A stretch of DNA of 64,000 nucleotides from a virus (taxonomy: Duplodnaviria > Caudoviricetes). Positions 20,643 to 33,200 of this stretch are shown piece after piece. The stretch lies in the IMG/VR virus record IMGVR_UViG_3300021387_003827, positions 64,001 to 128,000 of that record; one strand, 5' to 3'. Under the pieces are notes generated by a model that worked only from the letters and a program-made list of their open reading frames with translations, did not search any database and was not told the origin of the DNA. The position numbers and the translations under genes are program-made. The stretch's first letter is position 1; every line of letters begins with the position of its first letter.

Positions 20643-21339
20643 GAATAAGATAACATTTATTGATAAGATATCCGATATCATTATCAAGATAGATCAATCC
20701 GTCGGCTTCAAAAATCTTCTTAGGTATGTTGTTCTCATATTGGTGTTGTTTGGAATATTTAATTTCAAAGCAATTGTCAAAGGGGGTATAGAGCTCGTCC
20801 AGGAAATTTCGGATGAGCTACATACTGAAAGATTAGAAAGACGTGATGAATTATTAAAGGACCTAGCACCTATCCTTCAAGAATATCGAGCGGCTACCGG
20901 AGCGGATAGGATATTATATTTTGAATATCATAACTCTAAGGAAAACTTAGTTGGTATTCCATTCAAGTATCTTGATCTGGTATTGCAAAACTCTCGGTAT
21001 GGGATTAGTCTTGTTTCAGAGTCCAGGTTCAAGGATGTAAATATTGGAATTATTAGCCCAATTTATGAAGGAATTAAGACGGGCGACGTAATCTATAGGA
21101 TGAACATGGAAGACGAATCTTTCCATTTTAAATACCCAGGAACATATGAGCTCTTTGACTCTGACGTATCTCAAGCCTTTATATCAATCCCCGGTATAAC
21201 CCAACCCGTCGGAATGATTATCTTAGAGTGGAAAAGAGATATGAATGAAGAAGACGTTCGCTGGGTAGAAGAATATTCATACGGACACAGTGGATACATC
21301 TCAAGAATAAATGGACTAATAATGTCTATGAGCTATTGA
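20635..21339 (+). CDS. putative holin, T4 gpT-like (one TM helix plus soluble GAF-like domain)
   Basis: Single hydrophobic helix (YVVLILVLFGIF) followed by GADRILYFEYHN. Confidence 0.55.
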   Translation: MDENKITFIDKISDIIIKIDQSVGFKNLLRYVVLILVLFGIFNFKAIVKGGIELVQEISDELHTERLERRDELLKDLAPILQEYRAATGADRILYFEYHNSKENLVGIPFKYLDLVLQNSRYGISLVSESRFKDVNIGIISPIYEGIKTGDVIYRMNMEDESFHFKYPGTYELFDSDVSQAFISIPGITQPVGMIILEWKRDMNEEDVRWVEEYSYGHSGYISRINGLIMSMSY

Positions 21340-21396
21340 TAATTGGGGTATGAGAAATATAAAACTTGTACCCCAAAAATATAAAGAAGTTAATTT

Positions 21397-22479
21397 ATGG
21401 CAACGACTATTAAGATATCTAGAAGCGCAAGTATAGAGGAATCAAGAGATGTTGCGCTAATTCGTCTTGATAAACATATAGAGCATCATCCAGGTCAGCC
21501 AGTTGAAGTATTATATCGTACAGAGACTAATACAATAGATTCCATAGTAGCTATTGGAGTTAAAGATGGATATGGTAGAGACTGTTACAGCATACTAGCT
21601 TCCAGAGGTGAAGTTGTAGTAAATGATGTTCTTTATGAATTAGAAGATGTATCAGAACTTATAAATGGTGGAAGATACATTGTTCTAGATAATAATGTCT
21701 GGAAACTGGAACTCTTAGGAGATGATGGGGTAATAAGGAATATAATCCCATTAGAGGATATTTCAGACGTTATGATATATAAAAATCTCCGTGACGGCTA
21801 TAATTGGTACTGGAGAGATAATATATTAAAGAGGGAAGATTCTTTTTATACAGATGAACAATTAACTGAAAAAGTACAAAATATGATAGATGAAAGTTCT
21901 TATGTAGATTTCTCAGTGATGTATTACGGAGAAACTAATTTATATGCACCTGACACAATTGTTACATCTCCGAAATTTATTGTAAAGCTGTCTGTAGGGT
22001 CTCATGACTACTTAGACAGAGCCACAATAAAGGTTTCTTCGTCAGAACATGAAGAAGAGGAAATTAAGTCTATAGAAGGAAATATACTCACACTATATGG
22101 TTCCTTTGATAAAGATGTTACATTTACATTTACAGTAAATTATTACGGAGTTACTTATACAGCTACGAGTGAGATTAGATTTATGAAGATGGCCAGATAT
22201 GGAAGTATTCATGATGGAGAAGATGTTCCTGAATATAATGATCTCTCGTTGAAGGTTGTATATTTTGATCCTAAGGTTGGAATAGATCTATCATATGATC
22301 TTCAGGATGCAAAAAGTCTGTTGATTGTTCCTGGTGATATTTCATTTAAGCGAATTCTTGATGAAAATAGCCTAGATTATATCTACGATTATACTTCCTA
22401 TAGTATGAATGGGTATACAATATATCTAAAGAAAACATCAACAACTATAAACAATTTTAAACAAGTATTTATTATATGA
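21397..22479 (+). CDS. virion protein, paralog of 35954-36640
   Basis: N-terminus ISRSASIEESRDVALIRLD matches LSRSRSVEESRAVALLRLD. Confidence 0.6.
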   Translation: MATTIKISRSASIEESRDVALIRLDKHIEHHPGQPVEVLYRTETNTIDSIVAIGVKDGYGRDCYSILASRGEVVVNDVLYELEDVSELINGGRYIVLDNNVWKLELLGDDGVIRNIIPLEDISDVMIYKNLRDGYNWYWRDNILKREDSFYTDEQLTEKVQNMIDESSYVDFSVMYYGETNLYAPDTIVTSPKFIVKLSVGSHDYLDRATIKVSSSEHEEEEIKSIEGNILTLYGSFDKDVTFTFTVNYYGVTYTATSEIRFMKMARYGSIHDGEDVPEYNDLSLKVVYFDPKVGIDLSYDLQDAKSLLIVPGDISFKRILDENSLDYIYDYTSYSMNGYTIYLKKTSTTINNFKQVFII

Positions 22480-25400
22480 GTGAAAAACAACTTAAAGGAA
22501 CTAATGTAGCATCGCCTATAATGCCGTTCTCCTCTGAAGATACCTACCCCACACATGAAGCTAAATATGGTAAAGGTGGTTTCAGAACAGTAGAGACCAT
22601 AGCTGAGAGGGATGCTATTCCCGAAGCCAGGAGAGAGGAAGGAATGCTTGTTTATGTTGTTAATGATCCTGAAAATATTAACACATATCAGTATTTAAAT
22701 TCTACCTGGCAAAAATCAAAAATAGGGGCTGGAGTTGAGAAAGTTCAAACCATAGAAGAAAGGGAAGAACTAAAGTCTGAGATTGGTGACTTAGTTTATG
22801 TCGAATCTGAGGGACAAGTCTTTATTAAGCTGTCTGAAGATGATTGGAGACCTATGTCCTTCGGAATTCCAATCTTCACTAAAGAGATTGCAGATAAACT
22901 AGAAGACATAGACAAACTTCCTGATGACTATATAACAATCCCAGACCCCGACGAACTTTCTCAAACGACTGATAAAACTGAATACGAGTCAACGGGAAAT
23001 GGATATTACTTAGATATAATCTTCTCCACTCTTAGGTCACTTCAGGCTGAGGTTGCTAAATTAAGAAACTCTTTCAACTATGGAATGTATTCTTATACTG
23101 GAAAAGAGACTGCAATGTCAAGAGTTGTAGGATCATATACAGCCCCAGAAGAAGAACCATTATGGGCAGTAGAAGAAGCAGACCTAAGCATTGTAACTGG
23201 AGTATATGTCGACCTTAATGATAATAATAGTTTAATTCCTAGTGAAAACGTTAAAGTAGGAGACAACTATCTTATTATAAATGGTGCTGCGTCTTGGTAT
23301 GATCCCCCGACTGGTTATGCAGAAGTATCAGATCCTAAACTTTTCCTATATCTAACTACTTCAAGTACGAATATTCAAATAGTATTTTCTAAAATTTCAG
23401 ATAGTGCTAGTAGACTTACATTAGATCTTTCCCAACTTGGACTTAAACAGTACGAGAATGGAAGATACAATATAATGATCTGTCTGGCAAGAAAAGTGGC
23501 TGATACTGGAGAATATTATGGAGAAAACTATGTTTGGGTAAGTGTAGGAAATTATACTACCGGGGAAAATGAGAATATGGGCTATTGGAATACGACAACC
23601 AATAAGCTTCAGCCTGGAATATTTAGAATAGATGATAGATATAGCTTCTATTCTGTAACCTTTAACGATCAAAATTTATATAAATTTGATGGATATTCGA
23701 AGTATCAGGATTTTTCTATTCAGGTAGATCCAGTTACTCCGACGGATGATAAATATAAATATAGAGTTGCTCATATTACTATCCGCTCAGTTAAGAATGA
23801 AACTGAACTACAGGATATAAAAGATCAACTACCAGCTAATGAATTAATTTACAATGAAACAACTGGAGTTCTTTGGATAAAAACTTCTTCTGGAAGTGTA
23901 AAGCCTATTTCTGGCTCCGGTGGACAAGATGATAAAGGTATGGAAAAAAGTGAAATCATTGAATGGCTTGCTCAAAATGGTATTATTGTTACTTCAGATG
24001 GATCAGAGAGTGTTAAACTTAATGATATTGCTGACATAACTTTCATACACCAGGAAACTGACCGAGCCTTTAAATTTACCGTTGATAGCGAAGGAAATTT
24101 AGTAAGCGAAGAAATTCCTAAGGACACAATAGAAGATAGAATGAGAGCTGCTAATTTCACGCTATCCACTGAAACTGTTAACTTTACTAATATAAGAGGC
24201 CTTGTCGGTTCTCTTGGATTACAGGAACAGCATACGGAAAATCCATCTAGTCAAATTGCGGAGAATAAGGATATAGGTCTTTACGCTGACCGAGTAAAGA
24301 TATCGGCTATATATGCTCCTTATTCCCAGGATCAGCCTAGTTATGGATGTTCCCACGCTTACATTGAATTAGAAAATACCGGAAATAAAGATCTCCCTCT
24401 TGATGGATTCTACTTACACTATGCAACCGGAACTTGTGCAACAGAATCTACTGGTACAGACTTTGTTTCTGTATATAGACTTGCTCTTCATGGTGCCATT
24501 CCAGCAGGAGGAACCTATCTAATTCGTGGTAAAAAATATGCTGATTATGATCAAGCCAATACATTCATTAAAGTAAGAACCTTTGATCAGGAGTGGTTTG
24601 TTAATGGAGATCTTATCGACCTTACTCAGAATCAAAATAATACTTTCCTTCTTACTTATGGACTTCCAGATGTTAGCTATTCCACGGTATTGGTGAAGAC
24701 AAATCAGGATACAAAAACTAATACAAATTTCCCGTATTATTACCACCCGAATTATGTCGACTCTGTATCAATTGGAGCTCACGTAACTTCTAAAGCTGCT
24801 AATGCTTGGGTTGGTACTGGTATGAAGTTATTTGATCCTAAGTGTGGCGTATATAGTTCTCCGGTTGATGTTATTTTCAAGAATACATTTGAACTTGATC
24901 CTGCAAAACAGGCTTATCAGAGTCTTAATAAAACAGACTCCTCCAGAGGAAGAAATGAGAATGTTCAGGACTATCAGTATGTTCTTCTTTCAAAAGATGT
25001 CATCGAATTTCCAAAAACCGAAGAGACATTCCCTATAGAGCATTATACTCCTATGGCTTCTTGGCAGCATAAAAATGTTTGCACTGATAAAACGAAGCTT
25101 GATAAAGAAAAGCCCAATATGGTTACTGCATCTTATGGTATTGATATGTATAAAACTAGGTGCTTTAACTGGATTTCTTGTGGTGCTTTCGACGAGTATA
25201 TTTGGATAAGACCTCAGGGATCCTCTTCATGGTCTGCCAGATTTGAGAGCTATAAGGATGGAACTGAGAATGATTATGTTGGCACCTCTGGAATGACTAA
25301 ACGTGTATTTGGTACTTTCTACAATAAGACCGTGGGAGATGAGAACTATCCTATCCAAAAGGTTATCTATAATAGGATGTTCGGTACTTTCCCGGCAGAT

Positions 25401-27233
25401 GGTACTAAATATACCTCTCACAAGTGTATTATAAATGTAGTGCCGGAAGCCGCTGAAACTGGAAAGACGGTGTACGAGTATATAGTTGGTAGGGCAGACA
25501 AGAATATGAATCCTGATCCGGAACATACTTCTTCTATTCAGACATTTACTCTATACTCTAAAGAATATACTCCGAGAATATTCCAAACAACTGACCAACA
25601 AGGATTCCATTGGGTAGAATATCAGTGTTGGGCTGCGGCGGCCGAGGAATTGAACAAAACTATAACTGAAACCTGTAACAGTATTAATGATCCAATTGAT
25701 GCACATAATCAAGAGGCACTAGAATACAATACGGCGCATGCAGAAGAAATTGCAAACGGAGAATTACAGCCGATGGAGTTTCAGACTGGAAAAATCTTTC
25801 CTGTCCTAATAAACACTGGCGACATGACTCAGAATGGTACAAGAATTAACGAGTGGTTTGACTATTATAATGCCGGCCACTGTTTATTCGATCATCTTGA
25901 GCAAACCAATTTAGTGGGGAATAATGACCTGTGTAATACCGATCCCGAAATGCTGGGGACTGGTGATGATAATGGTAAGTCTAATGGATATTATTTCCAT
26001 GTATTCTATTGTTATGAAATAGATGAGAGCATACTCCCCATTATATCCAATACGTATGCTACCAAATATGTTCCTTCTCTATATTATATCCAAGATAAGT
26101 CTTATAGATTTGTCATGCTTAATACAGAGATAACTGCAATTAACTGTAGAAACTGGTTCAAGCAGGTTAAGAATGATGCAAATGGTAATCCAGCTACGGT
26201 TAATGTGTATACTGGCTGGACGATTAAGAATTCTGGTGCTGCCGATAATTCTGTAGTGTACGATAATTCTTTCAAAACCGTTTACACTATGATTTATGAA
26301 ATGCTTGATGCACCAGACTATAATATTATCCCTGCCTGCCACGAAATGCCATTTACTGTTGTTACTAATGCCAACCTTATGACTGTTTCCTCTGGTTCCG
26401 TCGGTAATCAAGATATAGACAGAAGCCTTAAGGAGTCTCAGTCTGGATCTTTGGTTGGGTGTCACTGCAATAGAATGGGATACATGGATGTTAAGGGTAT
26501 CTACTGGTTAAGTAGATTGTTTGAACATTTTGGTATTAAGCTATGTATTGGTGGTCATAAACATACCTATGCATGCACCAACCCTCTTCGTGAGTTCTAC
26601 TATTATACTTCTGGGGATCAGCTAGTAAGCTCCTTGAATGGACCTATGCCCATGACTAATACCCTAGAAAACGATACTGCAGTATGGGTGACAGATATTT
26701 ATGCAGACCCTAGTAATCCAAACCACTTCGGCATAGATTACACTACGGGAGACTCGCTTGAATTTAATACTACAAAATTCCCGCTAATGTCCTCATCAGT
26801 AAGTGGCATTACGAGAACTTCTGCGGTATATTATCCATACTATGGTGTTCCTTCGCTTACCGGTGGCGTTGTTTACTTTATGTGTCAAGCAACCGGATAT
26901 AAGCTTAAATCTAATAAGGAGTTACCATCTCCTGAACAAAGGTTTTCTTATGTAATTCCTAAAACTAATGTTACTAGCTCAGGTGATAAACCGAATGCTA
27001 ATCAACAGAGGCCAATGTTTGCAGAAATAAAGTTAAATGGATCTAATTCTTATACCATCTATCTTTATAGAATTGAAAACATTATGAACGGAACTAATCT
27101 ATTCTCTCAGGTTGATCATTCCAATGCACCAGCTTCTTATCGTTGGTTAAAGGGAGATGAGGCACAGGGAACAGAACTTCCAATCTATGGTAACTGGAAT
27201 TATACTACCAAAACCGCATTAATAGAAATATAA
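22476..27233 (+). CDS. large protein with lamin-tail domain (LTD) and calcineurin-like/purple-acid-phosphatase metallophosphoesterase domain
   Basis: LTD motif YIELENTG..DLPLDGFYL..G.IPAGGTYLI. Metallophosphoesterase motifs DQQG, GDMTQNG, GNND, HEMP, GGHKH. Confidence 0.7.
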   Translation: MSEKQLKGTNVASPIMPFSSEDTYPTHEAKYGKGGFRTVETIAERDAIPEARREEGMLVYVVNDPENINTYQYLNSTWQKSKIGAGVEKVQTIEEREELKSEIGDLVYVESEGQVFIKLSEDDWRPMSFGIPIFTKEIADKLEDIDKLPDDYITIPDPDELSQTTDKTEYESTGNGYYLDIIFSTLRSLQAEVAKLRNSFNYGMYSYTGKETAMSRVVGSYTAPEEEPLWAVEEADLSIVTGVYVDLNDNNSLIPSENVKVGDNYLIINGAASWYDPPTGYAEVSDPKLFLYLTTSSTNIQIVFSKISDSASRLTLDLSQLGLKQYENGRYNIMICLARKVADTGEYYGENYVWVSVGNYTTGENENMGYWNTTTNKLQPGIFRIDDRYSFYSVTFNDQNLYKFDGYSKYQDFSIQVDPVTPTDDKYKYRVAHITIRSVKNETELQDIKDQLPANELIYNETTGVLWIKTSSGSVKPISGSGGQDDKGMEKSEIIEWLAQNGIIVTSDGSESVKLNDIADITFIHQETDRAFKFTVDSEGNLVSEEIPKDTIEDRMRAANFTLSTETVNFTNIRGLVGSLGLQEQHTENPSSQIAENKDIGLYADRVKISAIYAPYSQDQPSYGCSHAYIELENTGNKDLPLDGFYLHYATGTCATESTGTDFVSVYRLALHGAIPAGGTYLIRGKKYADYDQANTFIKVRTFDQEWFVNGDLIDLTQNQNNTFLLTYGLPDVSYSTVLVKTNQDTKTNTNFPYYYHPNYVDSVSIGAHVTSKAANAWVGTGMKLFDPKCGVYSSPVDVIFKNTFELDPAKQAYQSLNKTDSSRGRNENVQDYQYVLLSKDVIEFPKTEETFPIEHYTPMASWQHKNVCTDKTKLDKEKPNMVTASYGIDMYKTRCFNWISCGAFDEYIWIRPQGSSSWSARFESYKDGTENDYVGTSGMTKRVFGTFYNKTVGDENYPIQKVIYNRMFGTFPADGTKYTSHKCIINVVPEAAETGKTVYEYIVGRADKNMNPDPEHTSSIQTFTLYSKEYTPRIFQTTDQQGFHWVEYQCWAAAAEELNKTITETCNSINDPIDAHNQEALEYNTAHAEEIANGELQPMEFQTGKIFPVLINTGDMTQNGTRINEWFDYYNAGHCLFDHLEQTNLVGNNDLCNTDPEMLGTGDDNGKSNGYYFHVFYCYEIDESILPIISNTYATKYVPSLYYIQDKSYRFVMLNTEITAINCRNWFKQVKNDANGNPATVNVYTGWTIKNSGAADNSVVYDNSFKTVYTMIYEMLDAPDYNIIPACHEMPFTVVTNANLMTVSSGSVGNQDIDRSLKESQSGSLVGCHCNRMGYMDVKGIYWLSRLFEHFGIKLCIGGHKHTYACTNPLREFYYYTSGDQLVSSLNGPMPMTNTLENDTAVWVTDIYADPSNPNHFGIDYTTGDSLEFNTTKFPLMSSSVSGITRTSAVYYPYYGVPSLTGGVVYFMCQATGYKLKSNKELPSPEQRFSYVIPKTNVTSSGDKPNANQQRPMFAEIKLNGSNSYTIYLYRIENIMNGTNLFSQVDHSNAPASYRWLKGDEAQGTELPIYGNWNYTTKTALIEI

Positions 27234-27245
27234 TATTAATTTATA

Positions 27246-30200
27246 ATGAGACATAAAGGTCAGAAAATTATCACAGACAAAGACATAGAAATGACTGGTG
27301 AAGGATTCCAGGGAGAAGAACTCTCTGGGGTCCTATCCGGCCATGAAGATCGTCTGGATATGCTTGAAAGTAATCTTAAATGGATTTATAAAAATGGCGC
27401 CGTTGGAACTGGCGGCGGTGGCGGAGGCGGCGGAAGCACTACCTCCTGGAAAGTTGTTGTGTCTAGAGGAGATACTGGCCAAACTATAGTCAATGGTAGT
27501 ACAATTAACTTCTCTGGGCCCGGCAACTACACCATCAAAGTCCAAGTATATGGTGGTGGAACTAGTACCTTCAAGGTTACCTATTCATGGGTTAACTCTA
27601 GAGGCGCTCAAACCAAAAATGTTGTTATTTCTAGAGACGAATCCTTTCTATCACAGGAGTCTCTATTGCTTGATACTAATGGCTCTTTCAGTATTGTTAT
27701 ATTGAATCAGGATACACAAGAGCCCATAACATACAATGTAGATTATGTTGTAACTTCTTATGTCTTTAATCTGTATTATGTATATGCAGATGACAAGACT
27801 AGGTATACCCCCAGTAATAATACTATATTTATGGCTGATGTTAAGACTAAAGGACTTATGGCAGCTTTAGATTATAGTGTATCGGTTGGAATTACTGCTT
27901 CTTCATATTCCTTCACTGATTGGGATGGAAATACTATAAGCAGCCTTAACCTTGGAGAGGATTACCAGATTAAAGAGAAGACAGCAAGTATAATCTATCT
28001 CCCTCTTTGTGAGGATATTATAGCATTTTTGTCAGACAATGAAAATGCTAAATATAAACAATTCTCTTTACGAATAAATCTTTTGCTTGAGGGTAATACA
28101 AAAACTGAAGATATAGAGCCGATGTATCTTAGAGATAATCTGATTCCCGCTGACATGTATCTTAAGGTTACTACTTCTGGTGGTGGTCTTTTCGATAGTA
28201 GTCAGCTTACCCCTGGTGTAGACCCTTCAACAGGTCAGCCAATCATAATTAATAATTATCCAGAGGAATCCAGATTTGCTTTAGGTACGGCAGCATTTCA
28301 GCTCACGCCATACTACAATTCTTTAAAGCCCACACGAACTTATGTACTTCAAGTTTTCCTAGATGATGTACAACTTGGGAACTTGGACGTTACTACGCTT
28401 AAGGATCAAAGTACTCAGGCAGTGTCTATTCCTCTTACTTCTAGTGGTGAGCATAGGTTGAGATTTAGAATTACAGCCGAGGGCGTATCTTATTCAGTGG
28501 AGTATTATCTCTTTGTAAAGGAGTCAACTTCTTCCTTTACTTGGTATCCTCTTCAGAGAGTATCCCCCGAATATACTTCCTATTATAGGAGATATTTCGG
28601 TGTTGAGGCCGTATCTGGAATTAGTCAGGAGGAGACTGTATCAATGACAGTAAACTCTGATCAAAAGACTTATACGTTTACTTCAGCAGCCGCTTCTTCG
28701 TATAATGATTATGATCAGCTACTTTGCGTCGGTTTACAATTTACTACAATTAATGATATTGAAAGCCCTATATGTTCCTTTAATATAGGAAATACATATG
28801 AGCAAGCAATATTCATTTATCAAGATAAAGTTGTAATTTCTTCTGCAAGTTCTATAACTGATTTTAAGAAGATTCAAGGAAGCTCTAGAGAGATATTCTT
28901 CCCTAAGGTGGATAAACTGGATGATACTAATCCTACAAACTATCATCTTATTTCAATTTATAAAAGATTGGAGTATAGGGAGGGTGGAAACTATTGGAAA
29001 GGTATTTATATATTCATCGATGGTGTTCTTGAGGGAGTGTTTAAAGAGTTTACTACTGTTCATGACCGTTATAGTGGAATAACCTTCTATCCAAATAATT
29101 ATTACTCCAATCTCTTTGAGTCCACTTGCTTCCGTCACGTGTCAGGAAGTGATGAATTAACTTATCTAACGGACCATGACATCCTCGGATATTACTATAC
29201 CTACTATGAGAAGCTTCTTGGTGGTAATATATCCGATAAAGAGATTGCACTCTATGACGCATTTGGATCTTTCAGAATAGGAAGTGATAACTATGTCTAT
29301 ACTAACGACACTACGATAAGAAATATTGCTCTTAATTCGGATGTTCCTGTCCTAATGATGACCTACACCGACAATGAAGGAAGAATTAATCCTACTATTG
29401 GTGGATGGAATCAGGATAACTTTAAAATCTGGATGGAGAAGTCTTATTCTGAAAATGCAAACATAGAGATACTTCCTGTCACCGTAGAATGGTCCCCTGG
29501 TGGTCAAGATATTAGAACCATAACTAAACAAGGTCAGGCAAATGCTGCTCAGTTTAAGATTACACCTCAAGGTTCATCTACCCTTGGTTATAGGTGTAAG
29601 AACTGGGAACTTTATGCGCCAGATGCTTCCGATAATACGAAAAAATGTCTGTATTCTCCGAACTTCAATCCGACAGATACTACAACATTTTTACCGGAGG
29701 AATCATTCACTCTAAAAGCTGATGTTGTAGACTCTAGTCATACGAATAATAATGCCATCGCTTCCTTCGTAAATGATGTAAGCACTCCATTCTTAAGATC
29801 AAGACAGGAGGGGATGTATAAAGACTACATTAAGAATTGTCTGTCTGGTTTTCCTGTTCTTGTATTCTTGCATTCACGATATAAGACAGCAGCCGAATCA
29901 GAGAGCGCCGATAACGAAAACTTCTACTTCCTTGGTATTTATAACTTCAACTTAGGTAGAAAATCATACTACAATCTTGGATATAGTGATAATAATAATC
30001 TTAGGTATTTACATCTAACTCAAGGATTTAATATTTATGAAATTTCCGAAACTGACAACACTCTCCTTAATGGAGTTGAAGTAGCTGAGATTCAAGGTAA
30101 TAATAAATACTTTGACTTCTCTCAGTACGACCCGACCATCTTATTCCAAAGAAACGAGGGAGATATTACGTACATGTTTGGAGATGCTGTTACGATTAGC

Positions 30201-33200
30201 GAGGATAGATGGACAAGAAACCTAGAGAAACTTGTAGAACAAACATCTAAAGCTGGAGGTTATACATTTAATCAGGTTGGTAAGAGATTCTCAACCACCA
30301 TAGATGATAACTATGGATACAATGATGGCTATTCTGCAGTTGATGGAAGTGGTATTCCTAAAAATCAAGTTCCAAATTATAAATTTCAAGCAAAACGTAT
30401 TAATGAAGGTGGTATAACTAGGTATGAATTCACCGAAAAAGAAGCTGGCTCTGAAAGTGATCTGACAGACCTTATTCTTGGCGATACCAGTGAAGAAGTA
30501 CAAGAGTTTACCCCCACGCTGGATTATACTAGCTTGTGTGAGTATTATACTATCTGTATGGCATTTGGTTTGGTTGACTCTGTTCAGAAAAACCTTAACA
30601 TTAAAACTTGGAATGCTGACGAAGAATATCCACTCTGGTATCTTGCATTCTATGATATGGATACTTGTCTTGGTGTATCTAACTCTGGTTCTAGGATTTC
30701 TTACTTTGCCTTCTCGGATTATTGGACATCTTCTTTAGATGAGAACAATAGATTGGGAGAGACTATAATATATCGTGACTATTCTCCTGTAGAAAGCGGC
30801 GTTAGCGAAGATTCTGGTAGCTCATATTATGATACTCCCTCTTCTTATATCTTTGCGGTTGCCAAATATGCATATAGCGTTCTTCCAGAGGCTTTACGAA
30901 AAGATCTAATCCGCCACCCCTCTAATCTCTGGGGTGCATGGAGAAATGGAACTAGAGTAACCCACCCAATTACTGCTATAGATAAGCAAAAAGGTTGTTT
31001 AAGTAGCTCTAATTACTTCCTTGAAACATATTATACTCACCATCTTAAGAATGTTCCTCAGGCTGCATTTAATTTTAATTATAGATATAAATATTTAGTT
31101 ATTTCTCCTGATGCACAAAACCAATTTGATAATACCAATTTCCCTAAGTTTTATGGAAAAAAGGTAGCATATACTAAAGACTGGCTTGATGGTAGATTTC
31201 ATATTCTTGATGCCTATTTCAACATTAACTCCGTAAATGATGTAATGAATGTTATAGGTGATACTCAAATCCTAGCTCCATCTACGAGCAGTGAGTATAA
31301 AGATTCAAGTAATACTGATATTTATGTTCTTAAGGATATCTTTTCTAGTAATGCTCAAGGTAACCAATACGCCAACTTGAATTATGACGTAACCATTAAA
31401 GCAAGGCCGTATTCCCCTTTAATTGCTGTGGGAACTAATGCAACTCATAGATATATTTTCCCAAGTGTGGCTAATGATTGTATAGTTAATCTTAGCTCTT
31501 CAGGAAACCAATATGTTCTATTTGGTGGCTCTTCTTTGTGGACCGAGCTTAGCACTGTTAATCCATTCATAACTTCGACAGCTGCTCTTAATATTGATTC
31601 AAGTTATTTTACTAACCTTTCTGGTAATGGTGGAACTTGTAGAACTTGGAGTATTAAGACACCAGCTCTCCGTACAATATCGCTTACCAATAATGCAAAC
31701 TATACCGGAGAATTAAGATTTGAATCTACGGATACAAGTAGTAATTTCCCTAACCTGCAGACAATAAATATATCTGGTACGGCCCTTGAACTTATTATAG
31801 CTAAAGCATCTCCTACAACTATTATTGCGAATAATATGAGGGGAGGTAAATTAAATATAATCAATGTTTCAACCCTTACCAATGTGTCTGTTTCTGGAAC
31901 ACTTGACTCAATTACTGTTCCAGCCTGGAAAAAGAATATTACTTTCCCTACAACTAGTGGTAGTACACTAAACTGTAGAGAGATATCTGTTACAAATGAT
32001 ATAAGCAAGTATCCGGGAAGTACATTAAATATAAGTAATAATAGTGTTCTTGAAACAGTTACCGTATCTGGGTTTGAAACAGTTATAATTAGTGGGTGTC
32101 CTAAGTTAAATACAATCAATATAAATGATTCCGGAGTTCTTAAGACGCTGAATGTGGTTATTCCTCCATCTACGTCAACGGATGCTCCAAAGATGTTCAC
32201 AATTGGTTCTGAAACTGGTGTTGTTAATCTAAGTAATCAAAGTGCTCTAGAATCCATAAAACTTCAAAGAGCCCTGATGACTAAGATCATAATGCCAGAT
32301 AAATCGGTAAATCTTTATTCTGAAGCTTTTAGATATTGTGAGAATTTAAGATATTTCGATGGAAACGGAACGTATACTATCACAGGAACATATACTTTTG
32401 CAGACTGTACGGACTTCACTCTTAGACAGAGCAATGGAGCCTGGAGTAATATCAAGGTGCCATCTTCATTGGGTGATATAAGTTACACTTTCTATATAGG
32501 AAATACTAATATTCGAGGATCTATAGACCTTTCTGCGGCCCAACAGTTCCTTAGTGTATGTTGTGCGGGAGCTAATAATGTTATTAATGCTTCATATCTA
32601 TTCTATAATCAAAGTATTGAGTATAGTAAAGAGAGATTCCTTTCAGAGTATAATAATCAAACTTGTTCTCTAAATCTTAGACAACTTAGGAATTGTAGAA
32701 ATTATGAAAGGGCCTTCTATAATTGTCCGATAGATGCATATAATAGATTTATGTTCCAGGGATGCACTCCTTCTTATATAAATCTGTCATATATGATTGG
32801 AGAGTATACAGCAAAGAACCCTTCAGCGACTGCAATTAGGGGCTGGGAAATTGTAGGTAGTGGAAAACAGCATGTTATATACGCTACCACAGACTTTCTT
32901 TATGAGATAGTAAGTATTCTAAGCTCTATATCTCTATTTGATTATAATCAAGATAGTCTACACCTATGTTTCCTTAATCCTGAAACGAGAGGTATTCTAG
33001 ATAAGGTTGAAGTATCTAATGTATTTAATCCATTTGGCATAGTAGATGATGGTGCACAAAAATTCCCGTCTGTTCTGGGGTCTATTTCAAATTTTGAATT
33101 TTATACCCAACATGAGTTTGATTTTTCAGATACCTTTACTTCTTCATGGACTACAGCAAAAGCAAACGGTCTGAATATTTCTACTTTCATGTATTATGAT

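Noticed and set aside
27411-27434. GGC-rich simple repeat
   Set aside because: Just a poly-Gly linker in the 2605-aa protein.
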